NCBI GenBank assembly: GCA_010093705.1
Contig: MU006106.1
Span: 461,086 to 525,085, forward strand
Direction of reading: 5' to 3'
Length of the DNA: 64,000 bases
Source of the DNA: Patellaria atrata CBS 101060
Taxonomy: Eukaryota
Below are positions 1 to 11,559 of the stretch, one piece after another; the stretch's first letter is position 1; every line of letters starts with the position of its first letter. The notes under the pieces are model-generated. The model was not told the DNA's origin and did no database searches. It saw nothing but the letters and a program-made list of their open reading frames with translations. A program made the position numbers and the translations under genes.

Positions 1-961
1 TTCCCCCATTCTTCGAAATCTCTTAATTCTCAACACCAAGAAGCAGCAGGAGAAGGAGGCTAACTGGCCTCTTATCACTCTTCTCATTTCCGTCTTCTTT
101 CCCTTGTTCGCTTCCCTTATCTGCAGCCAAATGGGTTGCCGGGACGTCATACCAAGTTCTTATTCAGCTCCGGTGGCGCGCCGAATCTCTCGGATGGCTC
201 TTCGGGAGGGTGTGCGCTGACCGGAGAGTGGCAGAGGCTTTGCTACTTTGCCGTCCAACCCCCTCGCTTGGCTGCTTCTTCACCTTAAACCCTAACTCAA
301 GCATACGACTCAGCAAGAGTGGGCGTTAGTCGAATTAGTTTGGCTTCTAGAGTCTATTTCTATCTTCTACTAAGATATCTCGAGTTTATAGCATCGATCT
401 GGTTGATAATGATGATAGTTATCGTTGTGATGTTTGAGAGACTGGCTTGTCTGCGAGTCGATTTATCTATTAGTATTTGATATAAGCCAATTACCCCATC
501 AAGCAGGTCGGGGTGATTACTGTGATCTACGTCGAGGTTACACCACATTTGCACGCTTTCTTGTCTCGCTGAATATCTTTCATTTCACCCGTGATTTCAA
601 ACCTCCATCATTGCAGCTCCATCACTCTCAGCACCGCTCCTGATCGCAAAAGTTGTCTTGCCCGGTCAAAGAGCTGTCGAAGTTCAAAAGACCAGACAAG
701 GAGCTTGGAACCGGTTCAGGAATCGCAGGTATAGATTAGTGGACTATACATACGGAGAAAGCAGCACAGTCTGCAATCACACCCGTGAGAAATTATCAAC
801 CTACCCGTAAGAGCTTGGGATATACGACGCGAACGTCGCATTACTTGGGGTTGTTCGTTGAATACTCCTTGTTTAAAGACCTTCACCGCAGCTATCAATT
901 CCAGTCGTGAGAAAGAATAAGAATAGCATAGCTCGGATACAATAAGAGTATCCTAACCACC

Positions 962-2905
962 ATGGATTCTCACGCCATGAGCTCGGCCATTGAAAGAGAT
1001 CCAGAAAAGTCACATCCGTTAGATCACGGATCTCGTCTGGAAGACAGTGACGGATATGGCAAGGCTGAAATAGGCCCTCAAGATATTGTGATTGACCATG
1101 TGGCGGAAGCAAAATTGGTCAGGAAGCTGGATTTCTATATTATCCCCATGGTCATGTTGTTGTATTTGTTGAGCTTTTTGGACAGGTGAGTACATCATTT
1201 CGTCGCCCGATCCTCTACGTATCCCTTTTCTTTACTTGTGAATGAGCTCTGCTCCTTTCTCCACGAATCTTATTAGGAGTCAATTCACGCTGTAATATCT
1301 TGTAAATACAGCTATAGTCCTAATTCGAGTGTACGAGAATATCTATCTTCTTATTTCCATTTCCTTGAATTATCTGTATATATTGTTATCCATTATCACT
1401 AACCACCAGTACAGGGTAAACATAGGGAACGCAAGGTACTATTCATCTTATTAACAACCTACAACTGTTACAACTAATTCCTGTAGGCTCTACGGCCTGG
1501 AAGATGACCTTAACCTTAACCCGGACCAATTCCAAGTCGCCGTCTCCATCCTTTTCGTAACCTACATCCTCTCAGAATTACCCTCTAATCTTGTTCTTAA
1601 GAAAATTCGTCCCTCACGATGGATCTCCATTATCACCACTATCTGGGGCATCGTTGCAACCCTCACCGGAATCTGTCAGAATTACGGTGGCCTCATCGCC
1701 TGTCGCCTGGCTCTTGGTCTCGTCGAAGGCGGCCTCTTCCCCGGCATGGCCATCTATCTCACCTTCTTCTACACGAAGCGTGAACTAGCCCTGCGTATCG
1801 GATATCTATTCGTCAGCGCGGCGCTTGCTGGTGCTTGCGGCGGTCTACTAGCCTACGCCATTGGGCATATGGAAGGCGTATCTGGCCTTAGAGGATGGCG
1901 CTGGATCATGATCATCGAAGGTCTACCTACTGTCGTTTTGGGGATCGCAACCTGGTTCCTCCTCGCCGACGACCCAGAAACAGCGTTTTACCTCACGCCC
2001 GCCGAGAAAGCCCTCATGGCCGTACGGAGGGAACGACAGATCGGCCAGACCAAGTCCGCGCAAAAGTTCCACAAGCAGGACGTCAAGCTCGGCCTTCTTG
2101 ACTGGAAAATCTGGGCCTTCTCCATCGCCCAATTCGGCGTCGACACAATGCTCTACGGCTTCTCGACCTTCCTCCCCACCATCATCCGCGGCATCAACCC
2201 CACCGCCTCGGTCCCCATCGTCCAGGTCCTCACGATCCCCTGTTACGCCCTAGGCGCAGTGACCTACCTCGTGATCGCGCACTTCTCGGACCGCCAGCAG
2301 AAACGCGGCGTCTACAGCGTCGGCTTCGGCATCATCAGCATAGTCGGGTACGCGATGCTGATGAGTGACTCGGGCAGCCGCGTCCACTACGCCGGCTGCT
2401 TCCTCGTCGCCATGGGCCTCTACGTCGTCGTCGGCCTACCCCTCGCCTGGCTCCCGACTAACAACCCCCGCTACGGGAAACGCACCACGGCGACGGGTCT
2501 CCAGCTTAGCATCGGGAACTGCGCCGGTATCATGTCCAGTTTCGTAAGTCTGCCACACTCTTTACTTTTGACACCGCCTCGTTTTTCCTCCGGATCCGGT
2601 TGCTACCCCAGATTCCACCCCACCCCCACTTTCCCCGCCCCCCACCTTTAAACCCCCCTATCTACTTACACCACCCTCCGCAGCTCTACCCCCAACCCGA
2701 AGGCCCCCGCTACATCCGCGGCCACGCTGTCACGCTCGCCATGGTCGCCGTCGGCTGCCTCATCTACGCTTTCATGTCGTGGTACTTCTCTAAAGAGAAC
2801 GCGGCGCGCCTCCGCGGCGACCGAGAGGGAGAGATCCAGGGACTCTCGGAGGAGGAAATCGGCGAGTTGGGGGATCGGAGCCCGAGGTTCGTTTATAGTG
2901 TTTAG
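962..2905 (+). CDS. MFS transporter, anion:cation symporter (Dal5/Tna1 allantoate/nicotinate permease-like); exons ~962-1185, 1415-1435, 1487-2543, 2684-2905
   Basis: Spliced translation gives the family motifs KLDFYIIP..LLYLLSFLDRVNIGNAR, EGGLFPG, FYTKRELALR, GLRGWRWIMIIEGLPT and the C-terminal GDRSPRFVY; introns are GT-AG. Confidence 0.92.
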
Positions 2906-2911
2906 TTAGGC

Positions 2912-2913
<2 letters not shown>

Positions 2914-2945
<32 letters not shown>

Positions 2946-3045
2946 GTGGTAGGGAAGGGGGTTAGGAAGTGGGAGTGAGGGATATTTTGAGGCGTTGGGA
3001 TAGCGTGGATGTGGTGGAGGTAGGTAGGTAGGTAGGTAGGTAGGT
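2914..3045 (+). repeat. G31 homopolymer (2914-2944), G-rich tract and (AGGT)7 microsatellite (3018-3045) in the MFS 3' region
   Basis: Read directly from the sequence. Confidence 0.95.
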
Positions 3046-3479
3046 GGATATTGGGAAGATGTACTGTACCTGTCGAGAAAGCTTCTTCTCCTTCCCGTTT
3101 GGTAAACAATTTTCTAATTATTTTTTTTTCCAAATCGAACCGTAGGTGATGAGGTAAACTATAGGCGAGTCGTGTTGTGCATCACTCCATACGTATTCTT
3201 TAAGCTGTATCTTTGAGGGATGGGATCAATACCAACTCTACCGTACTTAACCCCGTCGCGAAATGGGACGAAAGGAAGCGTATCGCACACCCTTTCTTTC
3301 ATTCACATACCGTCAGATAAAGCAGTAGAAGGGGCGAACCCACAATCCGGACAGTCACCTTTTCACACCACACCAATACCCGACAACTCAGTCAACGATT
3401 ACTCCTACATACGGGCGCGCTACATACAGCAACCCCACGCACCCATTTCACCCACTTCAACTCCAACAAACCCTCCCCA

Positions 3480-4961
3480 CTACTTATAAAAATCAAACTT
3501 ATCCGCCTCCTGCCCGCCCTTGACCTGGCTCGAATACGCATCCTCGAGATCGGCCTGGATGATATTATACCTATTCTTCCTGACGGCCCTGAGGCCGGCC
3601 TCCTGCATGATAGCCGCAATGACCGCGCCGGAGAGGGGATCGTTCCGCACGATCAGACTGTCCAGGTCGACCTCTGGTGATAAGCTCATCTTGCTCGAGA
3701 TGGTGGAGAAGATGAGGCGTCGTTCTCTCCTATCCCTGAGGGAGGGGAATTCGATTTTCCTGTCTAACCGACCGGGACGTAGGAGCGCGGGATCTAGTGT
3801 ATCGGCCCTATTGGTCGCCATAATGACTTTGACGTTGCTCGTTTGGTCAAAGCCGTCCATTTGATTCAGTAGTTCGAGAAGGATACGCTGGACTTCTCTG
3901 TCCGCGCCGGTTTGGGCGTCGAAGCGCTTGGTGGCGATGGCGTCAATTTCGTCGATGAAGATGATGGCGGGACTGTTTTCACGTGCCATGCGGAAAACGT
4001 CGCGTACCATGCGCGGACCCTCACCAAGGTATTTTTGCACGAACTCGGACCCGACAACCCTGATGAAGGATGCTGTGGTGCTGTTCGCGACCGCTTTGAC
4101 GAGCATAGTTTTGCCCGTACCGGGAGGCCCATAAAGAAGCACACCGCGGGGTGGATCAATGCCTGAAATTTGTTAGGTACGATGGATTCGAGGTTTATGA
4201 TGGTAAAGCGTACCTATCTGCTTGTAAAGATCAAAGTGTGTGAGCGGCAATTCGACGGCTTCTCTGATTTCCTGCTTCTGCATATCCAGCCCACCAACAT
4301 CAGCGTATGTGACATCGGGTTTCTCGTCCGCACCCAACATGGCAATGGAAGAGTCCGCTTCAGGAGGAAGAATGTCGACGAGAGCATTTGAATGTCGGTG
4401 CAGAGCTACGGATGAGGAAGGTTTGAGAAGCTCCCGGTCGAGCGTCGAGAGGATTCGGACAACATAGTTTGAGCCCGTGGAGGATTGTACTATGCCAGTA
4501 CTGTGAAGTCATAAGTTACCACCTAAAGTCGTGCTGTTGATAGAGCACCTACTTCTGGTCGATGGCTTCCATGAACTGCCCTATTACCAACGGCACACTT
4601 TGAATCCGTTTTATCTCTTCTTGCGCCCGTACAAGCTCTCTCTTCAGACTCCTACAACGGATTAGTATTCTTTCCAGACCGTGGATATACATTTAGGCCG
4701 TACCGTTGCTCATCTTTGATATATTCTTCTTGTAGATTGATATACCTAAATACGACATAACCGTCAGCCTGAAGCTCTCAAGTCTCGAAACCCAGCCGAT
4801 ATAACCCACTCTAACTGTCTCTGCAGCTTCTTGAACGTGGCGTAGTCATCACTCTCTACAGAAAAGCCTTCTAGGGAATCCAAATTTGGTATCGATGAAG
4901 GGTGCTGCTTCTTATGGGGTGGCACTTGGTTTAAAGGATTCTCAACAGCGGCATCAGCCAT
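3480..4961 (-). CDS. RPT3: 26S proteasome AAA ATPase subunit 6B (Rpt3), about 5 exons
   Basis: GPPGTGKT Walker [29 protein letters not shown]-terminal FDFYK; upstream exons encode [19 protein letters not shown]. Confidence 0.97.
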
Positions 4962-5276
4962 GATGGTGGGTGTAGAAACTGGTCCTCAAAGGCGACTCCG
5001 AAACACTATTCTGATGGAAAGTAAAACGGTCGCGATTTCGAGATGCTAGGAGGTTTGATATGAGGTTAATGGGGTTCAAGAGGTCACGAAACGAAGCTCA
5101 TGGACCGGAGAAGACGTGCCAAGAAAGGCTTCCGCCGACGTTCCTGACTAACCAAGAATTGACGGTGAGGTAGTGACTACCAGAAGGAGTATAATTTTAT
5201 CACTGGATGGAAGAACAAATGTAACTTGCACTTAAACTACTCATCGCTGACCATTTTGAAGTATCATTATGCTCTA

Positions 5277-7967
5277 TCAACTCCCTAATTCTATTCTCCT
5301 CTCCAGCACCGCTCTCGCATCCGATTCAGTAAGGTCCTCAATGCTCATCTCCTCAAGGATCTGTCTTGCACTCTCATTATCCTTCATAACCTTGTTATTG
5401 ACCTCCCAGAGGCCGAACACCTTTCCTTGACCTTCTAGTTCATCTATATCGCGGCTACTGCTGTCGCCAGATTTAGCGATAATCGGTAGTCCAATGAGCC
5501 TCACCCCTTCCCGTACCCTCCGCATTCCTGTTTCCGCGGACCCTTTGCCGACATGACGCTCTATCGTAGCGACCACGGCATCCAAGTCTGTCCTCAGCTG
5601 CGCTGCTCCAGCCGTTGAAAATGAATGTCGCATGAGTACTTGATCCCAGAGATATGTCTGTACTGAGCCACACACCTGGCGCGCAATGCGTCTCAAGGGA
5701 ACCTGCCCTAAAGCACGGGATAGGAACTTGAAGGTATCATTTAGATACTTAAGCAAGGGGTCTAGGTTTGCGCTCGTGGCAGTAGACGGAGGGGTTGTGA
5801 GTGTGGACCAAGGATTTGAAGATCTGTAAGGGCGTAATGCTTCAGCAACATTATAGGCAAGGTTATCAACGATGATTTTTTCCGTCCTGATCCGGAGTCC
5901 TTTATACGCTGTAGCTGTCGAGTCAAATAATGCTCCGGTGTCTTCATCTGATCCTAACGAGCTTGACGTCTTCTCCGCTACCTCTTCCAAGTTGAGATTT
6001 CGGGAAATATTTTGGTTGTTTCGGGAAGAGTTACGGGCACGGTCCTGCAACTCATCCCATAACTCAAGGAAGAATAAATCATCACTCCAATCACGCATCG
6101 CACGCTCCAGGTAATCGGCACTACCGTAGACACGACATAAGCGGTCAAGACCTTTGATGCCTTGGAGTTCGAGTTGCTCTTCTTTAGAGATACCAGTAAC
6201 CCGTCGTCCGATTGCGGTCGTCATCGAAAGGTAAGCTTCTAGTCCGGAGCTCAATCGATTAAAATACTGGTCAAATATAGCGATTTGGATGTCAATAAGG
6301 AATCGGATCTTCTGAGAAAACGAGGATAAGGGGCGATAGTGCTCTGGAAAATCAGCATGTAAGTAATCGACCGAAACATAGATTAGAACGTTATTTTACC
6401 TGTGACTGTTTCCAGTAGGTCATTAACCCGTATAGCAGCTTTCGAAGGTTTTGTCACATTTGCGTCGACACTATCGTAGTCAAGCTCTCCCGCATCTGGT
6501 GCGCTGAGAATATCTTCATACCGCTTTAAAGCGACTTTTTGGCGGATCAGCAAATGAAGGTAATCCAAAAATATAGTAAACTCACAATTCTTTTCCACTT
6601 CTAGCCATCTCCTGAACCAGATAGAGTTATCCTCCTGTAATACTTCCCAGGACAAACCTTTCCAACCGATCGCACCATATCCACCATCATACTTCCATTC
6701 ATCGCGAATTGTCGAGTCAAAGCTCAGGAGTTCATGTATGAAATGACTAAGAAGTTGGGGTTCATTTCCAACTTTTGGTAGGGTGGAAAAAACTTTAGTG
6801 CGTAGAATAGACAACAAAGCAGTAATGAAAGCCGACGTTGCATCAATGTAAATAGGATTCATCGCAAGGTCTGAACCCTTGAAATGTTCGATGAGGACAG
6901 GTTGGAGACTGTCTTGGAGGAATGGAGAGTATTGGTCTATCAAGTCTGTAATGTGCGATAGGAAATACTCAGGTTTATCCAACCGATTAGTTGGTCTATC
7001 ACCATCAAAATGATATTTGAATCGCACTTCTAACGGCCGGGCGAGAACCTCTAAAGGCAGCAGCACGATTGGCCTCCGCTCAAAATTTCTTGATGAGCTG
7101 ACTTCATGCTCTCTTTCCTCGAGGTCTTGCTTCTGGAGATCTAAGAGCTTACCAACAGATCTCGACCATTCCTCTCGCAATTTTCCAGTTAGGACAACAT
7201 CCTTTTTGGGCCAGAATATCTTCTTGAGAATTGCGTCAAGGTCAGAAGCAAAAGCAGCTTGAATCCGGTTTCTCAGATCGTCAGTGATCTCACGAATGTG
7301 ATATAGCAATTGAGGTGCTGCTCCCTCTGCAGCATCCTGGAGAGGCACAGCTTTTGTGACTAGCAATTGCAGCTGGCGGTAAGACTCTACAGCTGCTTCG
7401 TCGGATTTACCTAGTTGAGAGATAGATTCTCTGCTATATGTGTCACGGTAAGCATATGGGTTGGGACTACGGTGTTCCCTGCATGGCTGCCTTACCTCAG
7501 ATTCTCAACCTCGTTTAGCAACTCAAAGTAGGCGCTGGTAACATCCAATATATGCTGTTTACTCAGAACGGACTGCAGCTGTAGTGTAGCGTCATCGCTG
7601 CTATCTGACTGGATGATGGCTCTTAACCTCCGATCGATGCCATCTTGTTCCTTCTGGAACTGGCGGGCGTTTTCCCTCAACGTTCGATCGTGAGATTGAG
7701 AAGCCTCTTTAGCGTGTTGCAGGTCGCTTTCGGCCTCCTCGAGCTTTGACAACATGCTCATCAGCCCGAAACGTGCAGGAGTCAGGAATGGGTAACTTAT
7801 AGGTGGCTAACCTGTTTCTTGAGCAAAACGTGTTGATTTCGGACATTGGATATGATGGCGTCCAATGTATCAAGGTCGGCTAGATTCTGCAAGCGGTCGT
7901 CTAGATAATCAGCAACCCTAACACGATGATCATGGTCATTCGGCCACGGTGTGGTTGTGGCAGCCAT
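5277..7967 (-). CDS. TIP20: RINT-1/Tip20 subunit of the Dsl1 tethering complex, multi-exon
   Basis: N-terminal RVADYLDDRLQ, signature RFKYHFDGDRPTNRLDKPEYF, LSHFIHELLSFD, FSTAGAAQLRTD; ORF pieces 5277-6254, 6383-7366 and 7492-7761 are linked by introns. Confidence 0.92.
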
Positions 7968-8919
7968 TGTTGTTACGGGAGTCTAGAAAAGTGTGGACGT
8001 GTGGTATTCGTGGGAAGATTGCGGGCCTGAAGGAAGTTCCGCAATAAAAGAGCAATTGAAGCGATAATCATACGATGTTTGCCCGCGGCATTGATGTTGG
8101 TTGGAGTGCAGAACCTATGAAGTCGTTGCGATTCGTAGAGCAAGGCGAGTCTGGTCCTTGGCGACTCCACGATCTGATATTCTGATCTACAGTGTTCATC
8201 TATCTAGTTAAATCTGCCATGCAAGATGCCGCCGATTTGGCGCACTGAGGCACACGAGGGTGCAGATGAACGGGTGTCGAAGGTCCCCATAATTCCCCAA
8301 TAATGATAACAACTCACCTTTTTAGATCATTTGTCGTACAGTGGCGAGACGATTCCTATTTCTGGAGCTTTGTAGCCGCTCCTCCCTTCTTTATCCCTTC
8401 ATACAAGTGAACCCAGCCTGAAGGTAATCCATAACTGAAGGCAATTAACGTGTTCCGCGGTGTAGGATGCAACGTGGGCAGCTGGTCCCGTTTCGTAGTA
8501 CACTCTCTCACACCGCACCCGCATTGCCGGTTTGTAGTGTCCGTACCGTGCCTAACTATCAGAGCTGCCAACCAGATTTGAACAGTAGTGGCTGTAGTGA
8601 GTTAGGCTAGAACTGAGCTGTAGTGCTCATCAACTACCTAACCAAGGGATATTTGGGTGCATCCTTTTCGAAAAAATAGCTTCGAAAAAAAAATTAGTTA
8701 TACCCGTCGAGTTTGCCCCCTGTCTCCGGCTTAAAAAGTAGAGCGTCATCCACTGTCGAAAAAATTATCAGAAATCCCCGCCCTTCGGAAGCGTCCCGAG
8801 CCTGTCCTGTTACCTGTTACTCAATGCTCTCTACCTATGCAATTTTGAGTTTCCCATTTTATATCACATTTTGATCGAAAGCTCGGTTAAAGGATCGTCC
8901 TAACCTTCCTCATTGGACA

Positions 8920-11102
8920 ATGCCTAAAGAAAACAAAAGACGAGGACGCCGAGAGCAAGAGAAAAAAAGAAAGCTCGAACATGCCGAAGAAGAGCCACAA
9001 CCTCAAGTGAAGCGACGTAAGAGTAGTACAAATGAAGAGCTCTCAGCAGATTTCATACCGTTCGATGCTCATGACGCTGGTTTCGCGGAAGAGTACCAGG
9101 AGAATGGCGGACCTGGAGAGCTGCCTTTCTATGGCATGCTCGACGAAGAGGAGCAGGAATACTTCAAGAGGGCAGACGAGATGTTGGAGCTGAATCAGTT
9201 TGGGGACCCTGAAGAGAGGACTCTCTTCTTGGAGAATGTATATCGGGAAGCGGATGGGAAAGAACTGAAAATTGCAAATAGTCAGTCCTGCTCGAGGTTG
9301 ATGGAAAGGTTAATCCTACTCTCCACCCCCGAGCAGCTCAAGCGGCTATTCCAAAAGTTCAGCACACAGTAAGTTGTTTTATCCATCTCATCTTCAATAC
9401 CCTCTTTGCTAATCACAACAGTTTTCTCAATCTAGTACAACACCGTTTCGCATCCCATTGCTGTGAAGCCCTCTTCATCCAGGCCGCCCCATTAGTTACT
9501 GAAGAGCTTGTAAATACAGATACATCGAATAAAGAAGGGACTGGGGGTGCTGCTTTGCCATCCATCGAGGAACTCTTTCTCTCTACAGTCAAGGAGCTTG
9601 AAGGCAACGTAGGGTACCTCTTCACCGACCGGTTTGCCTCACATACTCTTCGAGTACTCCTTGTCGTACTGTCTGGTCAACCATTCACACCAAAGAACCC
9701 AAAGTCCGTGATAAAAAGCAAGAGGAAAGAGAAGATATCAGTAGCTGGTATTGAAAGTCTGAACAGCCTGACACTTGAGAAGCGAACCGTTCCAGATTCG
9801 TTCTATGGAGCACTGAAAAATATAATACGGGAAAGTGTATCCGGTTTGGACACAACTCAGTTACAGGCATTAGCAACACACGAAACCGGCAATCCGACTC
9901 TACAACTCCTCCTCCAAATCGAACTTACCATTTTCGGAAAACAGAAGGGCCGAGATGAGCAAGACTCGCTCCTGCGCAAACTGATCCCGGATAACCCCAT
10001 CACCGAGGATAGCCCGAGTGCTACTTTCATCAATTCTATGCTATACGATACCGTTGGTAGTCGCTTACTGGAGACTATAATAGAGTTCGCGCCTGCAAAG
10101 GTGTTCAAGTCATTATACCGTGAATTCTTTAAGGAACGCATAGGACGTCTCGCGAGAAACGAAATTGCAGGCTATGTCGTATGCAAGATCCTCGAGCGTC
10201 TAAGTCCAGAAGATTTATCGGCATCCATGGAGCTCATCGTACCAGAAATCCCGTCACTCATCGAACGTAACCGTACAACTGTTATCCGCACCCTCATCGA
10301 GCGTTGCGCCGTGCGAGGTCTCGACACCACCCCTATCGCTGCGAAACTGGAAGCATCTTACGCCAGTCCCAGTGGGTTCGATATCGCTCGCATGCTCCGT
10401 CTCGTCGAGACTAGTCCAACCTCGCCTAAGAAGCCCAAGGAAGCTTCCAAAGCACCTCCCAGCACATCAACCACCCACTCCCACTCTGAAACAACGCACT
10501 GCTCGCTCCTCGCTCAAACCATGGTGCAAACCCCTGGACCCCTTAGTGCCCTAATATTCGACTCTCTCATCCGTCTCACACCCACCTTGTCCGTCGCTCT
10601 CGCTCGTGATCCCATCGCTTCTCGCACGTTGCAGGCTGCACTCACAGCCGGAACCACGAGTGTCATCTTCCGCCGCAAGATGATCCAGCACTTCTACGGA
10701 CATTTCGGCTCACTTGCGCTAGATCCATCGGGCTCGCACGTCGTCGACGCTATATGGCAAGGTACGCAGGGCCTCGCTTTCATCCGGGAGCGCGTCGCCG
10801 AGGAGCTTGCGGAGAATGAGGCAAGTTTGAGGGAGAGCGGAGTCGGCAGGACGATATGGAGGAACTGGCAGATGGATCTGTATAAGAGGAGACGCGGCGA
10901 CTGGGTCGTGATGAGCAGGAGAGGTGCGGGGAATGATGGGTTCCAGTCGTTTCCGGATGGTGGAAAGGCCGGGAGGGATAGGAGTGGGAGTCGGAGTGGG
11001 AAGGAGGCAGAAGGTAAAGAGGAGAGAAAGAAGACCCCGTTGGAGCTGGCGAGGGAGAGGCATGTTGCGAAGAAGTTGGAGAAACAGAGAAAAGGGAAAT
11101 AG
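8920..11102 (+). CDS. NOP9: Nucleolar PUF-like protein Nop9 (intron ~9369-9421)
   Basis: [11 protein letters not shown] start, [49 protein letters not shown]. Confidence 0.93.
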
Positions 11103-11559
11103 GCGGTGAAGTAAGGAGGTCCTTGTGCTGGTACCCTAGACGTAATAGTGGCGGATGTCTAATAGAAGTTGAAACTCATAAGAGTAACGGAATTGTTTAT
11201 TCGTGCATATCATATTTACCTTGCTATTCATTTTCTTCTTACGTCCCAGAAATTTCTGTAGGGCTCCGGAATGTCCGAACACCTAAGCTCACGTCGTTCC
11301 CGAAAGAAAGGACACGGGAATCTGGGTTCTTTGACACAAGGGACCAATAGCCTATTGCCATGTCCTTAGAAGGCAACTTTTACAGTTTTCGTCGAACGCG
11401 TCTGGCCCGCGGAGAGGGTCCAATTTCACTTTATAGACCGGTTAACTTGCAGTACTTAGCCACCACAACATATATTCCAGCAAGAATACTCACATGCATA
11501 TGCAGATTTTCGTATATTACGACACATAATATCAACACTATAAGTCTACGGGTATCAAT

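Noticed and set aside
286..297. AAACCCTAAC, resembling a telomerase RNA template or telomere repeat
   Set aside because: Single short match expected by chance; no pseudoknot or CR4/5 context seen and no tandem TTAGGG array.
8665..8772. TCGAAAAAA tracts upstream of NOP9 as RRPE elements
   Set aside because: Only a partial match to AAAAWTTTT; may simply be poly(dA) nucleosome-excluding tracts.
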